64,000 nucleotides of DNA. It comes from Polyangiaceae bacterium. GTDB taxonomy: Bacteria; Myxococcota_A; Polyangia; Polyangiales; Polyangiaceae. Location of the stretch: NCBI GenBank assembly GCA_965222375.1, contig CBDCTZ010000013.1, positions 576,001 through 640,000 of the forward strand, in the 5' to 3' direction. The number at the start of each line of letters is the position of its first letter. Position 1 is the first letter of the stretch. The position numbers and the translations under genes were made by a program. This document shows, in pieces, positions 58,296 to 64,000 of this stretch. Below the pieces are notes generated by a model. That model saw nothing but the letters and a program-made list of their open reading frames with translations, searched no databases and had not been told where the DNA came from.

Positions 58296-59402
58296 TCACT
58301 CCAAGACGTCGTTCCAGGCGCCGCCGTCACCGAGCATGGCCGCGGTCCAATCCACCAAGCGCGTGCCGCGCACACTCACATCCGAGTAGCCAGCCAAAAG
58401 CGCGGTGTGGGCGCCGCCCTCGATGAAGTAGCGCTGGTAGCGATCGGGATGGGCGTCGTGCACTTTGCCTGTCTCTTCGAGGATCAACTTGCGGTAATCG
58501 CCGCCGGGCATTCCGAGGAACAGGCCCGCGATGATGCCATCTTCGTAGGCGCTGAACACGCCAACCCTCATGCTCGGGTCGTGGTCTAGCCCCCACTTGA
58601 CCAGGGATGTGAACTGCTTGCTCTCCAGGCACCCCTCGCAGGAAGGCGGAACGAACTGGGCAAACTTCCACTCGTCTTTGGCGGCGTTGATCAGTGCGTC
58701 ATCCTCGGGGTTCGTGACGCCAACCCCGGCATCATTGATCACGAATAGCGGCATGCCTTCATACGCCATGCGCACGACGGCGGTGCCCACGATCGTGCCG
58801 TACCCCCCCGCGCTAGAGCCCGCGATCAGGACACGCCGCGGAGAGGGAAAACGTTCCTTGGCGATGTCCAGGGCAGCAGAGAGGTTTGCCAGGCCTCGAT
58901 GTCGGCGTTCGACGCTACCATCGGCCGCGAGCGTGACGTTGTCGCCGCTGAAGACGGAACCATCGCAGTACGAAACGAAGACGACGTTGAAATCGTACAG
59001 CGCTGGGTTGCGCTCGGCATCTGCGTCCGTCCAACCCACGGGTTGCACCCCCACGCCGGCCTTGGAGTTGGCACCGCAGCTATCCCCGAAGCAGGCCCCG
59101 CCACCCTGAAAGTAGATCAGCAAGTCCTTGGAGCCCGTGTCCCGAACCGACACCCGATACGGATCTCCGAAGATGCAGGTTGGCCCATCGTCCCGGGGCT
59201 TGAAGGTGTAGGCGTCGAAGGTCTCGTAGGACTCCATACTGTCCGCGGTGAACTGGCCGAAATACTTCGTCACGCCCGTGGCGATGAGTTCGTCCTTCGC
59301 CTCGTCGTCGAAGGCCGCCCGCGGCCCCTCGGCCGCGAGGGGTTCGTCATCGCCGCAGCCCAGCAAGAGCAGCGCGGCAAATAGCCAGGGCAGACGCCTC
59401 AC
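58296..59402 (-). CDS. Pectinacetylesterase (Notum-like) family lipoprotein
   Basis: FQGGGAC, SYCDGSVFSGD, AGSSAGGYG and NDAG motifs. Confidence 0.85.
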   Translation of the reverse strand: MRRLPWLFAALLLLGCGDDEPLAAEGPRAAFDDEAKDELIATGVTKYFGQFTADSMESYETFDAYTFKPRDDGPTCIFGDPYRVSVRDTGSKDLLIYFQGGGACFGDSCGANSKAGVGVQPVGWTDADAERNPALYDFNVVFVSYCDGSVFSGDNVTLAADGSVERRHRGLANLSAALDIAKERFPSPRRVLIAGSSAGGYGTIVGTAVVRMAYEGMPLFVINDAGVGVTNPEDDALINAAKDEWKFAQFVPPSCEGCLESKQFTSLVKWGLDHDPSMRVGVFSAYEDGIIAGLFLGMPGGDYRKLILEETGKVHDAHPDRYQRYFIEGGAHTALLAGYSDVSVRGTRLVDWTAAMLGDGGAWNDVLE

Positions 59403-59436
59403 ACCGGGGTTATAGCGCACTATACTCGGCGCCGCC

Positions 59437-60345
59437 GTGCAAACTCCGACCACCCATCGCTATGCCGAGGCCAACGGTATTCGCCTGCACTATGCAGAGC
59501 GAGGCGCCGGACACCCAGTGGTGCTGCTGCATGGCTTTCCGGAGACTCATCGGTCGTGGGATCTGCAAATCGACGCACTTGTCGGCGCAGGCTACGAAAC
59601 CCACTGTGTCGACTTGCGTGGGTACGGCCGCAGCGATCGGCCTCGCGCGGGCTACGACTTGGCCAATCTCGCCGAAGACATTGCGGACTTGATTCGCGGG
59701 CTCGGCGTCGGCTCCGTTCCCGTGGTCGGGCACGACTGGGGCGGCGCTGTGACCTGGGAACTCGCTTCGAAGCATCCGACCTTGCTGCAGCGAGCCATCA
59801 TCCTGGACTGCCCTCACCCGGCCATCATGGCGCGGGCGCTGCGCACCAACCCACGGCAAGTGCGCCGCAGCTGGTACATGTTCTTTTTTCAGCTGCCCAG
59901 GTTGCCGGAGCGATGGCTGTCGGCTCGAGATGGCAAAAACCTCGCGGGCATGTTCCGAGAGGCGCCTCTTCGAGCCGGGGTCGCAGAGATTGTGGAAGCC
60001 GAGCGCCAAGCGCTGCTCGCACCGGGTGCCCTCAGGCCCGCCCTCGCCTACTACCGCACGGCCTTTCGTCAGGACGCCCAGGCGCTGATCAGCGGGAAAC
60101 TGTCGAAACCCTACGCGCGTATCTCCTGCCCCATCCACCTGGTTTGGGGAGAAGAGGACAGCTGCCTAGGCACCGAGTTGATTCACGGAACTTCACGTTA
60201 TACCTCCCAACTCGATGTGACTCTCGTGCCGGACGCGGGGCACTTTGTTCATCAGGAGCGGCCGGACGTCGTCAATCCGCTCCTATTGCAGGCCCTGTCC
60301 GGAGCCAGCAGCGGGCGCCTACCGCGCAAAACCCTCCACCAGTAG
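59437..60345 (+). CDS. Alpha/beta hydrolase, epoxide-hydrolase type
   Basis: LLHGFPE, DLRGYG, GHDWGG, RSWYMFFFQ, WGEED and GHFVHQE motifs. Confidence 0.92.
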   Translation: MQTPTTHRYAEANGIRLHYAERGAGHPVVLLHGFPETHRSWDLQIDALVGAGYETHCVDLRGYGRSDRPRAGYDLANLAEDIADLIRGLGVGSVPVVGHDWGGAVTWELASKHPTLLQRAIILDCPHPAIMARALRTNPRQVRRSWYMFFFQLPRLPERWLSARDGKNLAGMFREAPLRAGVAEIVEAERQALLAPGALRPALAYYRTAFRQDAQALISGKLSKPYARISCPIHLVWGEEDSCLGTELIHGTSRYTSQLDVTLVPDAGHFVHQERPDVVNPLLLQALSGASSGRLPRKTLHQ

Positions 60346-60354
60346 ATATTCCCA

Positions 60355-61998
60355 ATGACCCTGACATCTCTCCGAGCTCCAAAGAACGTGCGCGTCGCCC
60401 GCCTGAGTGAGTTGAAGGACCGCACGCCTGCTTACGCCCTCGTCGCTGGGGTGGACTTGGTTGTGGTGCGGCACGACAGTGAAGTGTCCGTCCTGTATGG
60501 CCGCTGCCTACACCGCGGCGCGTTGCTTTCCGATGGCCACGTGGAAGGCAACAACTTGATCTGCGGCGTCCACTTCTGGGATTACCGCTTGGATACCGGA
60601 GTCAGCGAATACAACAACGCCGAAGCACTGCATCGGTTCAACGCCAACGTCGATCCGAAAACCGACGCGGTATACGTGGACGAATCGGAGGTAGCCGCTT
60701 GGGCCTTGGCCCACCCTCAGCCCTACCGCCGCGACGACTACCAAGGCCTGTACGCCGACGTGCACGGCACGCCGGAAGAGCCGCACGTTGGGCACATCCG
60801 ATCCCTGGCACGCGACGGCCTGAAGAAGCTTGGGCACCACGGACCCATGTCCGCCATGGGCGTCGCCCGCCAATTGCTACCGAGTTGGGACGACATCCAG
60901 ATCTTGACGGCGCAGCTCGCCACCAAGCCGCTGCTGGACGATGCCGCGGTGGGCACCGACGTGGTGATTGGGCCCCGCGCCAAAAAGCCCCTCTCGTTGA
61001 CGATTCCCATATTCGTCAGTGACATGAGTTTCGGCGCCCTGAGCGAGGAAGCAAAGCTAGCCCTATCCAAAGGCGCAGAAGCGGCGGGCACCGGGATCTG
61101 CTCGGGAGAGGGCGGCATGTTGCCGGAAGAACAGGCCGAGAACGGCCGCTACTTCTACGAGCTCGCCTCCGCGCGCTTCGGCTACAGCTTGGACAAGGTC
61201 AAATTGTGCCAGGCCTTTCACTTCAAAGCAGGGCAAGGTGCCAAGACCGGCACGGGAGGCCATCTGCCCGGAGACAAGGTTCAGGGCAAGATCGCAGAGG
61301 TACGCGGGCTATCGCCGGGCAGTCCCGCGATCAGTCCAGCAACCTTCCCGGATCTGTCGAGCCCGGAGGACTTCGCCAAGGTCGCCTCGGAGGTGCGTGA
61401 GGCGACGGGCGGGATCCCCATCGGGTTCAAGCTGTCGGCTCAACACATCGAAGCCGACATCGACTTCGCCCTGGCTGCAGGCGCGGACTACATCATCTTG
61501 GATGGACGCGGCGGAGGCACCGGCGCGGCGCCGGTGATCTTCAAAGCCAACATCAGCGTCCCCACCATGGCGGCCATTGTTCGCGCGCGCCAGCACCTGG
61601 ACAAGACGGGAGACACCGACGTCACCCTCGTCGCCACCGGCGGCTTGCGCACCGAGAGCGACTTTGTCAAAGCCCTCGCCTTGGGTGCGGACGCAGTCGC
61701 CGTGTCGAACTCCGCACTGCAGGCCATCGGCTGCCTCGGCATGCGCGCGTGCCACACGAACAACTGCCCCGTCGGGATCGCTACCCAGAAAGAGCATCTG
61801 CGCAAGCGCCTGATCATCGAGCGCTCCGCGGAGCGCTTGCACAATTGGTTTTCAGCCAGCGTAGAGCTGATGCAGGTGCTGGCGCGGGCCTGCGGACACA
61901 ACCACCTGAACCTGTTCGCGAAAAGCGACCTCACGACCTGGAAGCGAGAGATCGCGGACTTGACGGGGGTTCAACACGCGGGCCAGATGCGCTCATGA
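60355..61998 (+). CDS. Rieske [2Fe-2S] domain fused to FMN-binding glutamate-synthase-like domain
   Basis: CLH...CGVH Rieske ligands; MSFGALS, SGEGG, GQGAKTGTGGHLP, DGRGGGTGAAP and CLGMRACHTNNC motifs. Confidence 0.9.
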   Translation: MTLTSLRAPKNVRVARLSELKDRTPAYALVAGVDLVVVRHDSEVSVLYGRCLHRGALLSDGHVEGNNLICGVHFWDYRLDTGVSEYNNAEALHRFNANVDPKTDAVYVDESEVAAWALAHPQPYRRDDYQGLYADVHGTPEEPHVGHIRSLARDGLKKLGHHGPMSAMGVARQLLPSWDDIQILTAQLATKPLLDDAAVGTDVVIGPRAKKPLSLTIPIFVSDMSFGALSEEAKLALSKGAEAAGTGICSGEGGMLPEEQAENGRYFYELASARFGYSLDKVKLCQAFHFKAGQGAKTGTGGHLPGDKVQGKIAEVRGLSPGSPAISPATFPDLSSPEDFAKVASEVREATGGIPIGFKLSAQHIEADIDFALAAGADYIILDGRGGGTGAAPVIFKANISVPTMAAIVRARQHLDKTGDTDVTLVATGGLRTESDFVKALALGADAVAVSNSALQAIGCLGMRACHTNNCPVGIATQKEHLRKRLIIERSAERLHNWFSASVELMQVLARACGHNHLNLFAKSDLTTWKREIADLTGVQHAGQMRS

Positions 61999-62858
61999 GC
62001 GATCATGACTGGCACGCCCTCGGTGCTGTTGTCAGCCGGCAGCTGAGCCCCGCGCGGCTCGAGTTGCATTGGGCGGCGCAAGTCGTCGCCGCCGCTGCAG
62101 AGAGGCTCGCGGACAAACGCCCGGACGACAGCCACACCAGCCTGAGTTGGCAGCCCGAGCGGGAGTCGCTTGTGAGCGAGGATCTGAACGGGCGTCGACT
62201 GGGCTTGCGGCTGCGGGATGCGACCTTGCAGGTGGTATCCGAAGACATCTTCGTTGAATCTGAATTCGCATTGCCCGGCCGCACTCTGGACGAAGCCATG
62301 GTGTGGGCGCGCTCCTCCCTTGGAGTTTCCGAGCCGCTGACGCGCCTTGGCTACGAAATGCCCGAGCACGCTTTGGCCAGCGGCGAGCACTTCTCGCTGG
62401 GCCTCGATGCGCCGTCCACGGAGCTGGCGCTCTGGTACGACAACGCCTACGCGGCACTGACTGCTGTAGCGGCCCGGGAACCCGAAGCCTCCAGCGTCCG
62501 CTGCTGGCCTCATCATTTCGACATTGCGACGCTCTTGGTGTTGGAAAAACACGACGACCCGGAAAAGACGACGCTGCGGAATCCCCGACGGGGGATGAAG
62601 AGTATTGGAGTCGGTATGACCCCGGGGGACGGCAGCTACGCCGAGCCGTATTTCTACGTCACGCCCTGGCCGTACCCGAAAGACGTGGCAGCCTTGCCCG
62701 AGCTCCCCGCCTCGGGGATCTGGCATACAGATGGCTGGGTCGGCGCCATTTTGACGGGAACCGCACTCACGGCAGTTCGCGACGCGGGCGCTCAGGAGCA
62801 GCGCGTCAATGAGTTCTTGCGACAGGCCACGCAAGCCTGCCGCAACCTGCTTTCCTGA
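61995..62858 (+). CDS. Hypothetical protein (DUF5996-like)
   Basis: WPHHFDIA and GMTPGD..Y.EPYFYVTPWP motifs; ATGA overlap with the upstream gene. Confidence 0.65.
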   Translation: MSDHDWHALGAVVSRQLSPARLELHWAAQVVAAAAERLADKRPDDSHTSLSWQPERESLVSEDLNGRRLGLRLRDATLQVVSEDIFVESEFALPGRTLDEAMVWARSSLGVSEPLTRLGYEMPEHALASGEHFSLGLDAPSTELALWYDNAYAALTAVAAREPEASSVRCWPHHFDIATLLVLEKHDDPEKTTLRNPRRGMKSIGVGMTPGDGSYAEPYFYVTPWPYPKDVAALPELPASGIWHTDGWVGAILTGTALTAVRDAGAQEQRVNEFLRQATQACRNLLS

Positions 62859-62911
62859 GCCGCCCTCAGCTTGAGCGGGACATTTTCCGGAGTTTGTGGC
62901 TAGATCGTCGG

Positions 62912-63316
62912 ATGCGGGGTCTAACACTACTATCAGCTGGTTTGGTATTGGCGGCGCTGCTTGCCTGTAAGAGCAAGACGGGCGGCACCATCACGGTCGA
63001 CGGGGCGGCCTTCGAGATCGAAAACTGCCGCTCTGGCGAGGCCAATGTACCGAGCTTCGACGGCGTGGATTTCCTCGATCCCTCCGGGCGGCGCGTGCGC
63101 TTCTTCCTCAAAGATACGGGCGAGCTTCGTACCTTCGTTTTCCCGCCAGGTGCGAAGAAGGGCACCTTCGTTGGGGAAAACTGCGGCACCGTCAACGTGA
63201 CACGCAAGAACAGCCGCGTGAACAACGTGCAAAACATCAAGGGCACGGTCAGCGCGAATTGCACGGGCGGTGGCCACACCGTCGTTGCCAGCGTGAACTT
63301 CGACAACTGCCACTGA
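62912..63316 (+). CDS. Small hypothetical lipoprotein
   Basis: LLAC lipobox and a beta-rich domain with four further Cys. Confidence 0.7.
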   Translation: MRGLTLLSAGLVLAALLACKSKTGGTITVDGAAFEIENCRSGEANVPSFDGVDFLDPSGRRVRFFLKDTGELRTFVFPPGAKKGTFVGENCGTVNVTRKNSRVNNVQNIKGTVSANCTGGGHTVVASVNFDNCH

Positions 63317-63317
63317 G

Positions 63318-64000
63318 ATGCGGCGCGCACTCCTCGTCGCGCTGCTGGGGCTCGGCGGGCCTTGGGCGTGCTCCAGCTCAGAGGATGGCGGCGCCAGCGC
63401 GAACGACGCGGGAACAGTCGACGCCGCGGGTGATGCTAGCCTTGGCGACGGCGCCGGAGGCTCAGCAGGTACAGGTGGCGGTGGGGGCGCGGCCGGGGAT
63501 AGCGGAGCGCCCAAGGTGCTACTGCCGCGCACTTCCATCCAGGCTGACGAAGTGGCCGTGTTGGTCAATACCAGCGACCCCCAATCCGTCGCCGTGGCCG
63601 ACGAATACGTCAAACTGCGCGGCATCCCCAGCGGCAACGTGATCCAGCTCAGTTTCACGTCCGCTGCGACCATGAGCGAAGCCGTATTTTCGCCTCTCAA
63701 GACCCAAGTGGACGCGGCGGTCTCGGCCGACATTCAAGCATTCGCGATCACGTGGACCCAACCCTATCGGGTGGATTGCATGAGCGTTACCAGCGCCTTC
63801 GCACTGGGGTTCGACAAGAAGTACTGCAACCAGACCACAGGGGCCTGCGGCAACACGAGCCCGGTCGCGACCTACAATTCGCCTTCCGTCGCGCCCTTCA
63901 CGGACCATGGCATCCGCCCCGCGATGATGATCGCAGGCTCGTCCGCGACGGAAGCCAAGAAGCTGATCGCGCGGGGCGTTGCCGCGGACGACACTTTCCC
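63318..64000 (+). CDS. TIGR03790-family protein, lipoprotein, runs off the window end (missing from the ORF track)
   Basis: Manual translation: VAVLVNTSDPQSVAVADEYVKLRGIP..NV, ITWTQPYRVDCMSVTSAFALGFD, RPAMMI..AKKLIARGVAAD. Confidence 0.8.
   Translation, partial: MRRALLVALLGLGGPWACSSSEDGGASANDAGTVDAAGDASLGDGAGGSAGTGGGGGAAGDSGAPKVLLPRTSIQADEVAVLVNTSDPQSVAVADEYVKLRGIPSGNVIQLSFTSAATMSEAVFSPLKTQVDAAVSADIQAFAITWTQPYRVDCMSVTSAFALGFDKKYCNQTTGACGNTSPVATYNSPSVAPFTDHGIRPAMMIAGSSATEAKKLIARGVAADDTF

Noticed and set aside
4427..62927. Many long alternative-frame ORFs (e.g. 4427-5473, 17353-18636, 24974-26125, 48182-49390, 57162-58589)
   Set aside because: These are shadow ORFs of GC-rich genes. They are Arg/Pro/Ala-rich or antisense, with no family motifs.
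1..64000. CRISPR array, tRNA, rRNA, integrase or transposase
   Set aside because: No regularly spaced repeat-spacer array, cloverleaf or recombinase motif was seen. The GGTTCGAG at 56683 lacks the rest of a tRNA.

Overview
GC-rich chromosomal window, about 50 CDS, most likely from a myxobacterium (Myxococcota, Polyangiales-like). The basis is the MYXO-CTERM proteins, the many Cys-rich and Gly/Ser-linker lipoproteins, and the Ser/Thr kinase-TPR/PEGA-FGE operon. I saw no rRNA, tRNA, CRISPR array, integrase or transposase. Genes include a RegB-like kinase (partial), esterases, TetR, beta-propeller lipoproteins, a cyclophilin, a truncated two-haem nirS, a large HzsA-like propeller/haem protein, thiolase and 3-hydroxyacyl-CoA dehydrogenase, an S8 protease between two paralogous MYXO-CTERM proteins, pectate lyase, two pectinacetylesterase-family proteins, lysA, a double sugar-ABC/isomerase/pentulose-kinase locus, a Rieske-glutamate synthase fusion and a partial TIGR03790 protein. 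Main signals the ORF track does not explain: (1) a dispersed intergenic bipartite element, GGGTCGCATC-N19-CTAxTCTC, in four copies with identical spacing; (2) many genes with a TAnnnT box 6-10 nt before the start codon and no Shine-Dalgarno (leaderless-like); (3) a palindromic TetR operator in two copies; (4) an in-frame TGA followed by a SECIS-shaped hairpin; (5) atypical CXnCH plus HxGG repeat modules; (6) a C-x-P-x-[IV]-CL repeat peptide fused to a beta-barrel; (7) abrupt gene-truncating junctions at about 10316 and 14110. All family assignments come from motif recognition by eye; no searches were run. Start codons are best estimates.
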